Below, one piece after another: positions 1 through 12,300 of a DNA stretch of 64,000 nt. Each line of letters starts with the position of its first letter. Position 1 is the first letter of the stretch. The notes beneath the pieces are model-generated. The model ran no database searches and was not told where the DNA came from. It worked only from the letters and a program-made list of their open reading frames with translations. Source of the DNA: Macrostomum hystrix (taxonomy: Eukaryota; Animalia; Platyhelminthes); assembly GCA_950097015.1 (NCBI GenBank), contig CATNEN010000037.1:2666001-2730000 (forward strand), written 5' to 3'. A program made the translations under genes and the position numbers.

Positions 1-998
1 AGAGAGGCCCTACTGACAACAATAGGCGAGGTTGAGCCAACGAAGCCCACCCCAGCCCTGAATATGGCCGCGCAGTGCAGTCGGAATGTGAAACAGGGGA
101 AGGAATGGAGACACAAGCATATAGCTAGGAGTGTGACCACTTGGGCCATGGATTCAGATGCGTCGCTGCCAATAAGCTCGGCTGTCGGCTGCCTTGGCAA
201 CCGCGAGCTGCATGGGAGCTAGAGAGAGAGAGAGAGAGAGAGCTCAGAGCGGAGAGCGGAGGGATAGAAGAAAGAGAGAATGCTTTGAATTGAGTTGCAA
301 AGCTGCACTATTAAGCGAAGTAAGGTAAAAATTACTTATAAAACAGAGGCCAATGAATTTACAAGTCAGATAGCATCACCTAGTGGAGCCGCTAGCCATG
401 GCCGCCCTACGCTAGCACAAAATACTTTTTTTGATACTGTCACTAGTCGAATGTGGTCACTATTTAGCAAAATTTTCTCTAAAATTACAAAAAAATAAGA
501 AACCAAACTAAAGAATTAATAGTTCCAATTATAAGCTCAATACAGTTTGGGCAATCCCTTCAAGCTAGCTAGTTAAACAGGTATCGCGAAATAACATCAT
601 AGCAGCTTTATGATACTTTCATAGCGTCAAGGTAAAAGAACGTATGAAACAGATGCTACGAGTATTTATAACGAGACGCATTCAAATTTAACGGAATCAT
701 TCTCAGCTAGTCAGTGTTACACACATGGTGCCACATAGGCTCCGTGTAAGCCCGTTACTCGTATATTTCAAACTTAGCATGTAAATTAACAAAAACTATT
801 AGCTATCAAATTTTAATTTCTTTCGCCGAGAAGTGATCAATCGTAATACATTGTCTATGGGAGATACCGACAAAGGAGAATTCACCGCGACGGAAACAGG
901 AAATATCAATTTATAGGAAATCAACATGCACTAGTGTTGTTGTCTTCAGCTTTTTCTTTGAGTAGAGTTTGAGTCGATTGTTTAATGAAAGTAACTGC

Positions 999-3900
999 TC
1001 AACCGTTTCGGCTGCTGCCGGAGAAAAAGTTCATCTGAAAATAAATTATTTTGGATAGAGGACGACACGCATCATACTGCTTTGAGTAGTTTTATAAAAC
1101 ATGAAGTCTAACAATAGAGTGCCTTTAATTAGCACATACCGCTTGTATTTTGAATTTTTTGTCTCAAAAAATGAAATAACAACAACGCTTTTTCGGTGAT
1201 TGGTCCTAACAAACGTCCTTTATAAGATGGGATTATAGGATAAATATCTGAATCAATCACAGCTTACCACTGTGTCGCTGAGGGCGTTAAAACTGGACCG
1301 CCTTGTGGCGCTAGAGTCGCCGGCTCGGTCCTGCAGTACAATGGGATATGGATTGATACACGCTGATGCCTCGGAAACTAATTTTCTTTTTTTCAGATCC
1401 CACTGCTGCATACTCAGGTCCCACTTCAGCATACTCAGGTCCCACTTCAGCATCCCCAGATCCCACTCCTTCTTCCCCAGATCCCACTCCTTCTTCCCCA
1501 GATCCCACTCCTGCATGCCCAGATCCCACTCCTTCTTCCCCAGATCCCACTCCTGCATGCCCAGATCCCACTCCTTCTTCCCCAGATCCCACTCCTTCTT
1601 CCTCAGATCTCACTTTTGCATCCCCAGATCCCACTTTTGCATCCCCAGATCCACTTCAGCATCCTCAGGTCCCACTTCAGCAGCCCCAGATCCCCAGATG
1701 TTAAAAGTCGCTCTCACGGGCATGAGGTTGTAGGTTGATGGCCTTCGGCTAGACTGCTTTGAGCTTTGCGGTGAGTTAAACGAAGCCTCCCCTACCGGCT
1801 GCCAAGCTGCCGCCGCTGCTCCCGACGCCGAAGCTGCAGGCACCGCTCATTGATGAAGCTGACGTAGGGCCGGCGGGGCCGGCGGCAGTCGTCGGCGCGG
1901 TGTTGACGCTGTGTCGTCTTGGCTGAACAGCTGTCGGCAAGGACAAGTGTGAAGCTGCGGTTAGCATCCTCCTGCAATGTTTTGCGTGTGTTACAGGTTT
2001 TAATCCCAGTCCAGTCTGTCTGGCTCTGACTGCACTAAATATTTAAATCGGGTAGTGTGCGATGCACCTGCATGTGTGATAACCAACGACCATGAGCAGT
2101 TATTTACCTATAGAAATTAAGCATCATTAGTTAACAATGAAACATGCACAATAACCAGTTGCTTGGGTAAAGATCAGATATCGATTTACATTGGGAAAAA
2201 AATTTACCAGGGATCAGCAGTGTTAGTGACAAAGGAACAATAATGCCCGGGAGAAAGGCTGGGAAATAATCAAGCTGAGAAAATTGAATGAATTGACTAG
2301 ATCAGGGCTGCCAAGAAAGAAATAATGGAGAGCGGAGGCTGACGATTGCACTGAGATTTCAATTGTCTGACTGGCGTTTCGCTTCGCCATTCGTATTGAT
2401 GGCTGATGAATTCTGAGAGCTACTCAAAATAATTCAATAGAAATTAATGTCAGTCTGTAAAGTATAAAAAACAGAGATATTTTTTAGGGGGTGGGATGAA
2501 AAGTGAGAAGGGGTAGGAAATGAAGAGAGAGAGAAAATTGAGGCATGGGTACAGGGATACAGGGAGACACAGAGGAACATAGAGACAGAGACAGAGACAG
2601 AGACAGAGACAGAGACAGAGATAGAGACAGAGGCAGATACAGAATGAGACAGAGAGACAGAGATAGAGACAGAGATAGAGATAGAGACAGAGATAGAGAT
2701 AGAGACAGAGATAGAGATAGAGACAGAGACAGATACAGAATGAGACAGGGAGACAGAGATAGAGACAGGGATAGAGACAGAGACAGAGACAGTGGCAGAG
2801 ACAGAGACAGATAGAGAATGAGACAGAGAGACAGAGACAGAGACAGTGGCAGAGACAGAGACAGATAGAGAATGAGACAGAGAGACAGAGACAGAGACAG
2901 TGGCAGAGACAGAGACAGATAGAGAATGAGACAGAGAGACAGACAGAGACAGTGGCAGAGACAGAGACAGATAGAGAATGAGACAGAGAGACAGAGACAG
3001 AGACAGTGGCAGAGACAGAGACAGATAGAGAATGAGACAGAGAGACAGAGACAGAGACAGTGGCAGAGACAGAGACAGATAGAGAATGAGACAGAGAGAC
3101 AGATAAGAGACAGAGACAGGGACAGATAGAGAATGAGACAGAGAGACAGATAAGAGACAGAGACAGAGACAGATAGAGAATGAGACAGAGAGACAGATAA
3201 GAGACAGAGACAGAGACAGATAGAGAATGAGACAGAGAGACAGATAAGAGACAGAGACAGGGACAGAGACAGATAGAGAATGAGACAGAGAGACAGAGAC
3301 AGAGACAGTGGCAGAGACAGAGACAGATAGAGAATGAGACAGAGAGACAGACAGAGACAGTGGCAGAGACAGAGACAGATAGAGAATGAGACAGACAGAC
3401 AGAGACAGAGACAGTGGCAGAGACAGAGACAGATAGAGAATGAGACAGACAGACAGAGACAGAGACAGATAGAGACAGAGACAGTGGCAGAGACAGAGAC
3501 AGATAGAGACAGAGACAGTGGCAGAGACAGAGACAGGCAGAGACAGAGACAGATAGAGAATGAGACAGACAGACAGAGACAGAGACAGATAGAGAATGAG
3601 ACAGTGGCAGAGACAGAGACAGTGGCAGAGACAGAGACAGATAGAGAATGAGACAGACAGACAGAGACAGAGACAGATAGAGAATGAGACAGACAGACAG
3701 AGACAGAGGTGTATACGCAGGTAACAGAGGTGTACACGAAAATGGTGGTAGATGTTTAATAAGTTGAGAAGGGAACGGAAGAGATAAAAAAAGGAGAGGG
3801 AGTTGTATGATAATAAAGTGAGGATGAAAATGAAATGAAGCCTAAAGAGAGGAATGCAATCATAGGAAAGGCAAGGCAGCAGGGAAGGTTGCAATTCAAT

Positions 3901-6269
3901 TTTAGCCACCAGTTGTAGGATGGCAGCTCAGGAAATTACGACTTGGCGTGCTGATAAAAAGTGCAGCCGCTTCAACTTGCCGACCTTGATGGGATTTGGC
4001 TGATAGATTTTGCGCCAGGTAATAATAATATCAGGCAGGCAGCTTTAGTGGGAATAATTTTTACCTGAACGCGCAACTACTGTCTCTGTTAGTCACTTTT
4101 TCCTCTAAGATTTTTTAAAAAGTCCATTGTTTAGATGAATAGCGACTGTGCTAGTGTCGCTAAACTGAAACGATTCCCATGCACAAAGCAATTGCGAAGA
4201 ACAGTCATTTGCGATAGCTTAATGACAGTGGGATAAGGCAAGAGAGTGGGTATAGCACTCAAGGGTTTGTCAGCGAGTGACGGGAAACATAACAGGAGAT
4301 CACACTCCATTGAAAGTACGAAACAGCACTACCACAGACATCTAAACATGACTAAAATATAGACAATTCTTTAATTTACCATTCGATTTGTTTAAAGTTT
4401 TTCATTTCAGCATTTTCAAGTGAATTTCAGGAAAAATGTGTCGCTCAGATAAATTTATGACTAAGGCAGAGAGGAGAGAAACCGAGAGACAATGGCAGTA
4501 ACAACGAGAGATATAGAGATAGAGATAGAGACAGAGATAGACAGAGGTAGAGACAAAGACATATAGAGACAGAGACAGACATAGGTAGAGATAGAGATAG
4601 ACAGAGGCAGACAGAGATAGAGACAATGACAGATAGAGACAGAGACAGAGATAGAGGCAGAGACAGAGACATAGACAGAGACAGAGACTGAGATAGAGAT
4701 AGAGACTGAGATGGATAGAGATAGAGACAAAGACAGACAGACAGAGACAGAGACAGAGACAGAGACTGAGATAGAGATAGAGACTGAGATGGATAGAGAT
4801 AGAGACTGAGATGGATAGAGATAGAGACTGAGATGGATAGAGATAGAGACTGAGATAGATAGAGATAGAGACAAAGACAGACAGAGACAGAGACAGAGAC
4901 AGAGACAGAGACTGAGATAGAGATAGAGACTGAGATGGATAGAGATAGAGACTGAGATGGATAGAGATAGAGACTGAGATGGATAGAGATAGAGACTGAG
5001 ATGGATAGAGATAGAGACAAAGACAGACAGAGACAGAGACAGAGACAGAGACAGAGACTGAGATAGAGATAGAGACTGAGATGGATAGAGATAGAGACTG
5101 AGATGGATAGAAATAGAGACTGAGATGGATAGAGATAGAGACTGAGATGGATAGAGATAGAGACAAAGACAGACAGAGACAGAGACAGAGACAGAGACTG
5201 AGATAGAGATAGAGACTGAGATGGATAGAGATAGAGACTGAGATGGATAGAGATAGAGACTGAGATGGATAGAGATAGAGACTGAGATGGATAGAGATAG
5301 AGACTGAGATGGATAGAGATAGAGACAAAGACAGACAGAGACAGAGACAGAGACAGAGACATAGACAGAGACATAGACAGAGACAGAGACTGAGATAGAG
5401 ATAGAGACTGAGATGGATAGAGATAGAGACTGAGATGGATAGAGATAGAGACAAAGACAGACAGAGACAGAGACAGAGACAGAGACAGAGACATAGACAG
5501 AGACAGAGACTGAGATAGAGATAGAGACTGAGATGGATAGAGATAGAGACTGAGATGGATAGAGATAGAGACAAAGACAGACAGAGACAGAGACAGAGAC
5601 AGAGACAGAGACAGAGATATCAGGTAGCTACCCTATCTACCGGTCATCTACTCACTGTCAGGTGCACATTCTTTATATTCCTATCTGAGCAAGGGGATTA
5701 AGAAAATCATGCGGCTCTATGGTTAGGCTTGGAGCACAGGGGCAAGGGAAGGGGAGGAATTCAGATAGCGGAAGCAGATCAGTTTTCAATGCCTGGGAAA
5801 TCCGCATATTGTGGGGCGCGCCGCGCGCTTCGATAATCCAGGCATCGAGGGATCGCGCTGAGAATGACCCAAAGAACATGCAGAACGATAAGGCGGACTG
5901 CAGCACTGGATGGCACATTGCACTGATACCACATGGATGCGATATCTGTAGCGGCACGGTTATGGGATTATGGGAAGCGGGCGACAGACAGTGGGCACAA
6001 ACACGCAGCAATTAAATTCTTTTGCACACAAATTGCGGCCGATTAAAACAAGATAATAGATAAGACAAAGACTGATAGAGAGCGGCTGGCAGGGTGGGCG
6101 AGGGCGTACACTGCTGCTGTACAGATGACGCCGGCCCACCGAGGACATCGACTCCCCGATGGAAGGAGGGTGCGGCGTCACGTCCAGACTCCGACTTCGC
6201 GGCTGATGCTGCTCAAAGTGATGCGTGATCATTAGCCTTGGCGGCGGCTGAACGCTGGCCTGCCAGCGA

Positions 6270-6310
<41 letters not shown>

Positions 6311-9300
6311 ATGATGCTGGTGCAGATGTAGCAGTCTTTGTCGACCTCTGTAGTCCTCTTGAGTAGGCTCCACTGCCGCATCCGCAGCTGAAGCGCTGTT
6401 CTCATCCGTGTCAGCTGATGTAGTCACAATGACTGGCACTGATAGCGAGTGCTGCGGCGGCTGATGCACCCGCAGACAGTCCGGATGGGCGCCGAGGGAG
6501 CCGGTTTTGATGCGCGAACCGGCAGCGGCTCCCGTGTCTGAGCCGCCAGCCACGGAGGACGAGGCGCTCGACTGCCAGGTCGGGGATTGAGCGCACAGAT
6601 CGAGGGGGCGGCTGGCTTGTTAGACAGGATGCAAAGCCATTGTGGCATGCTACACTCGCGGATTCTTAACTTGCTTCAGCATTCTCAAAAATATTGGCTC
6701 CGGCTTTGTGCTAAATGCAAGGCTACACATGAGCAGTGCTTTGCATTGACGCGAATAACTAACAAATGCAGCTAAACTGAGAGGTTGTTTAAAAACATGC
6801 TTATTTACTGCTTATTTACTGACTAATTAGTTATGTTTAAAAAGCGAAACTAAAAATGAAGATGCAGGTAAAAAACAACACAGTTAAAAGTGCGTCAGTG
6901 GAGAAATAAAACTATAATCTCATTATCATATTTTTTAGCCTTCTCTTCTCCAAGCAAAATTCCTGCAGAAATAATAAATATGCGAACTTAAAAGGATTGA
7001 TACATGATAAGTTGTAGCTACTCATTAGAGCAGTTTGTCACTGATCTGCAAGGAATCGACTAGCTATGTCTTCAAGCGGTGAGTACTTTTGCTTCATTCA
7101 CAAATAACTGTGCGTGCGATTGGCCAACTAAAACACAGAACACTCACTGGCGGGCCGCTAACGCTGAAGACATCCGTTGCTGAGCCTTTCCGAGGACTGG
7201 CCCGCAGGCTAAATGACGGACTGCTGCCAGCTTTGCCCATCTTCACCACCGGGTCCTCGCCTACGGTGTGAAAGCGATCGGCTGAGGTTAATGACTGGGT
7301 TGCCATGGAAACTAATGGTGACGATATATTCAACTGAACATGCAAGTTTACTTGGAAAAAAAAGAAAGAAGAAATAAAAAAGCAGAGCGGCACTCGCAGT
7401 GCTTGAAGGATAAAGAGGAAAACAAAAAAGTGGACAGTCGTGGCCTTATGCCTTGGACAGAAGGAACGAAATGACAACCAATATCTATGATCATGGTCAC
7501 GGAAAAGCATCATTAATACGTACATAGCCGCAGCAGCAGCAGTTCAGTACATGGACAGCGGAACCCTCTAGTACTACAGCTGATGCTGGCACTGATTTAA
7601 TAGCTAGGTAAACTTAAGCAATGCAGAGTTAATTTCCTTGATAAAAGAACACAAATTGTTCCTGTGTAGTCGGGAATCGAACATTCGACCTTCAAGTCAT
7701 GAGTCCGACACTCTAACCACTAGGCTACAATTCCCCCACTTCATGTGTTTTCCTGACCAATTAGAATGCGGAGTGAGGTTGTTGACTCTTGTTTATATAG
7801 AGATCGCCCATAGATTGTCATCCAGCATTCCAAAAAGTTTAAGTTACTCTTATTGGAGAGTGTATGCTCTCGAGCTCAGCTCAATTTGGCCACATATAGC
7901 CGTTGCTATGTGCAATCTATTGAGAATTGGCTTCAAGGAATTGTAGGCAGATAAAAAATCCAATTCTGAGTGAACAGTTAGCTTGTTTAAAGCAATATGA
8001 AGAGACCATTTATCATTGAACAGAACAAGTGACTAATGTTCTTTTTGACATACTAAAATAGGCAGCAATGTTCTGTATACATAGTCTAAGAAACTCAATT
8101 GGGCAAAATGTTGGATTGTTGAACTAAATTGTTAGGGCCAATCCCCCTATTGATGTCGATTTCACAAGTTACCAACTTGATTGACAGTTACTGCCTAGGG
8201 CGTCAAGCAAATTTGGAATTAAGCAAGCCAATGCTAGATGGCCTTCTCTTCACTTCAACACCTCAGAGTAACAAGTTCATTCCTTTTCCATCACTCTGGC
8301 CTGCAAATGAACTCACTGACGCTAGTCAAATATGCACTTTTCTTTGGATTGAGGACAAACAAATGAACCATTAGTCCACTGAGCATCACATGTAGATGTA
8401 TTGAGATCGCAGTTCATACTGGTTTTACCTTGGACAAAGAGATTGTCTTTCAACCATCCATAATGCCAAAGCTCCATCCATAACGACAGAGAAACTAACT
8501 CCTTTATGAAACAAGGCTGGTACAGGTTTTCCACATTTTTTCCATCGAAAAAAAAGTTGAAAAGGCCTTCTCGTCATGTGTATAGTAGAGACCCTGCTGG
8601 AGAGCAACTTAATTGAGCAGTGCTCTGTTGCCACACGAACTATAACGCTGAGCTAAGCGAAAATAACTTGGCTTGGACACAAATCGATGATTGAACCCAA
8701 TAGTTGAAACCAATGGAAGCATTGCGGAGACCTTCACAGACCAAGCTAAGTATCAGATTGGCACACTTCATTTCCGAGAGGAAGTTCATGGAGTCCTGTG
8801 TTTCTTCTGCTGCAGCTTCTCGCGTCCTCTCGCTCTTGCTGCGCAGACTTACAAAGAGAGAAGGTTCTATAAAAATTCAAAGCCAAACGACACGACCCAT
8901 CGGTGTGTGCATGTGTTCGTCGGCTTTAGCGGTACCATCCGAAGTCGAGAAAGAGGCTCAGAGATCAGTATTAGATGGTAGTTTATCGAGGGACTTATTG
9001 AAATTACACAAAGGTCATTTTAACTTCCTGAGCAGATGGGGGAAGATTAGAGTAAATAGAAATTGCTCGTCTTCGCTTGACAAAGAGCATCGTCGGTACT
9101 ATAGAGAGGCCACATTGTCTAGGGATTAAATAAGACTGCAATCTGCCACGCCCTGTCGCTGTCTTGTGCTTAGCGGTGATTCTTCAGTTAAATGTGAAAC
9201 GCCACGAGGCAAGGAAAATGCCGGTTTCGTTTGTAAAACGAGTCAGATGGTCTTCTGTCTCGTTTATAATGGACCCTCAAATCTCTACTGTGTGAGCTGA

Positions 9301-12300
9301 TGCCGTGCGCGGTCATTTCTGATTGGCTGTGCCACGCATGAGGTCTTGGGGTTGACGCTTCTCAGAGGAGACTTTGAGCTCGAGATTACTCTCCGGCTGT
9401 ATAATATCTGCTGGACCTACAGCATCTGTAGAATTTTTGCTTTTCAACGAGCTGGACTCAGCAAAACCGAATTCGATCGGAATTTCAAGACGGAAGATTT
9501 CCGGAATTTACGACATACTTCGGATTCGGCAAATAACCGAAAATGCTGAGGACCGCTCTCTGTGCGGCTATCCTGATTGGGATCCTCTGCAAGGTTCATG
9601 CAGAAGAGTTGCGTCAGGAATACCAGCATTTGGTTGAGTCCGGCGAAGATCTGGAAGGGCTTAAGAGGTTCTCCTCGCCTGGAACCTACGACTGGAAGAA
9701 GAAGCGGTTCTCCTCTCCTGGAACCTACGACTGGAAGAAGAAGCGGTTCTCCTCTCCTGGAACCTACGACTGGAAGAAGAAGCGGTTCTCCTCTCCTGGA
9801 ACCTACGACTGGAAGAAGAAGCGGTTCTCCTCTCCTGGAACCTACGACTGGAAGAAGAAGCGGTTCTCCTCTCCTGGAACCTACGACTGGAAGAAGAAGC
9901 GGTTCTCCTCTCCTGGAACCTACGACTGGAAGAAGAAGCGGTTCTCATCTCCTGGAACCTACGACTGGAAGAAGAAGCGGTTCTCCTCTCCTGGGACATA
10001 CGACTGGAAGAAGAAGCGGTTCTCCTCTCCTGGGACATACGACTGGAAGAAGAAGCGGTTCTCCTCTCCTGGGACATACGACTGGAAGAAGAAGCGGTTC
10101 TCTACTGACGAAAACTGACGAAACTGGCGAATAAGAGCATTGTGATCGCAGAAGAAAGAGCTCGTTTAAATACGTTTTCCACGCCCAGGTGTATCAGCAA
10201 CAACAATTACACAAGATCTCATATGCACAACTAAACTAAAAGTAGGGCCACTGCAAAATTGCAGAACTGTCTCTGAAAAGTGTCTAGCTTTTTTTGCTTT
10301 TTGCGAAGCTCACCAATATTGAGCGATCTACGATAGTACGCCCGCACAAACGCATGAAATGAAATGGACCAACCTGAAACACACACATGCCGAGGGATAG
10401 CTTGGTTATTGCCAATAAATGTTTGCTCTGCTGAAATAAATCCCGACTCTGTGAGCACACCGCCCACACTGAGCTGTCATCACTCACTGCTCGTGAGCCG
10501 CACATTTGACGTGTTTGCCTTTTATACTCCGCAGCCATTCTCCAGTGGGAACAATGTGCCATGCCCATCCATTCTCTCTTTCGCCTTATTTTGTGATATC
10601 GGAAGAAATCTTGATTGGCAAAAGTTTAGTTGACCAAATAAATTATAACCAAGTGCGGCATGCAACAACTCCTGATGAGCCCGCTTTTATTTTAACTACC
10701 CAGCTAAACCGCAGAGAGTGTTCCAGGAACACAAGCTTGGCTAGTAACCTGTTTAGAAGCCCGAGGGAGCGAGAGACATTGATTGTTTCTGCCCCGAGTA
10801 TCCCCAATCAATGAAGAACAATAATTATTGATCAAGAAGACGCAAAAAGGAAGAAAACAGAAAAAACATGACAAGGAACGACGCATAAGTACACAAGGAC
10901 AGAAGCAGAATGTGTGCAAATATTAAACAAAATGTGCATTTAGGCATGCAGCGAATACTAGAAACGAAAAGGGAAACTTATAAAGAATAGCATTATTGCA
11001 AATCAACTTAAGGAAGTGTTGCATTGTTTCCATCAAGCAAGATGTTTCTGTTACCCAATCTATTTGATTCCGATAAATTATCAATCATCAATCAAAGCTC
11101 TTTAAGAGGCCTAGTTTCAGATGCATGCAGCTTTCGTGCAAGCCAAGACCAAATCAATGCGGCCTTACTGGCGTACCGAGGCAAATACTAAAGGCAGCTT
11201 TGACTTTTATTTCTTGTTGGCTTCAATGCCAAGTAGCTGGCGGTGTCAGGAACTAGTCTGCAACAAATTAAGATACTTTTTCTAGAACTAGCTATTTTCT
11301 ACCAGGACTGTGGCCCATTATGGCTTGACAATGGCTGGATAACTACTAAATATTTAGCTTTCCAGCCGGCGCACCTGAGTCACACAGACGGCTGGGACTC
11401 AGGGTGCCGTGGCTGGGCCTCCGTGTCACATTGTCATCCGATGTCTGCCTGGTGAGGGAGCTGCGCCTGTGCGAGTCGCGATAGCGTGATATCGCGTTGC
11501 TAATATCGCCGGCCCTGCTGGCCTCCAGAATTTTGGAGATGGCCTCGATGCGTTTGCTCAGCGGAATGTCTGACAGGTCTGCGAAGGTGGTGATTGCTCG
11601 CTTGATTGCCTCGTTGAATGGTCTCTCTTATAACGAACTTAACTCATGGCCCTTGCCATTTTCCATTGTATAAGATTTAACGGGCGGTACTAACAGCTGC
11701 GTAATTCCTTTTCCCGATATAACCTCACTCCGTCAGCCACCTCACTCCCTTTCCTGACCCCCACCTCACTCGTTTTACTGACAGTCACCTCATTCCCTTT
11801 CCTGACCACCACTTAACTCCCTTTCCTGACCGCCACCTCACTCGTTTTACTGACAGTCACCCCATTCCCTTTCCTGACCACCACTTCACTCCCTTTCCTG
11901 ATTGCCACCTCACTCCCTTTACTGACAGCCCACCTCGCTCCCTTTACTGACAACCCACCTCACTCCCTTTACTGATACCCACCTCGCCCCCTTTACTGAC
12001 AGCTACCTGACAGCCAGTTCACTCCCTAGATAGCTACCCAACTCCATTGACAACTATCTCTCCCATCGCTCCCATCCAGGTAGGTAGCAATGTACAATCC
12101 ACTGCCTTGGCAGCCAGCTCATCTTTTACTGTAACCGACATATATCCAATCTTCAGTGATATTTTTCAGATTTATTTTTTAATACGCATTCGAACAAATT
12201 CAAATTCAAATTCAATCAGACTCGCTTGTACAATCAGGGCTGTTATAACAATTGCGATTAGTAATTACGACTAGCATAACCATATTTCGACCGGTGCGCG

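Noticed and set aside
2434-5574. 300-490-aa SL/CL-rich ORFs
   Set aside because: Microsatellite translations.
8691-9129. Overlapping + strand ORFs upstream of the precursor
   Set aside because: No recognisable motif or convincing splice context.
9577-10134. Alternative-frame and antisense repeat ORFs over the precursor (9577-10134, 9661-10077)
   Set aside because: No signal peptide, and the unit variants are non-synonymous in those frames but synonymous in the 9543 frame.
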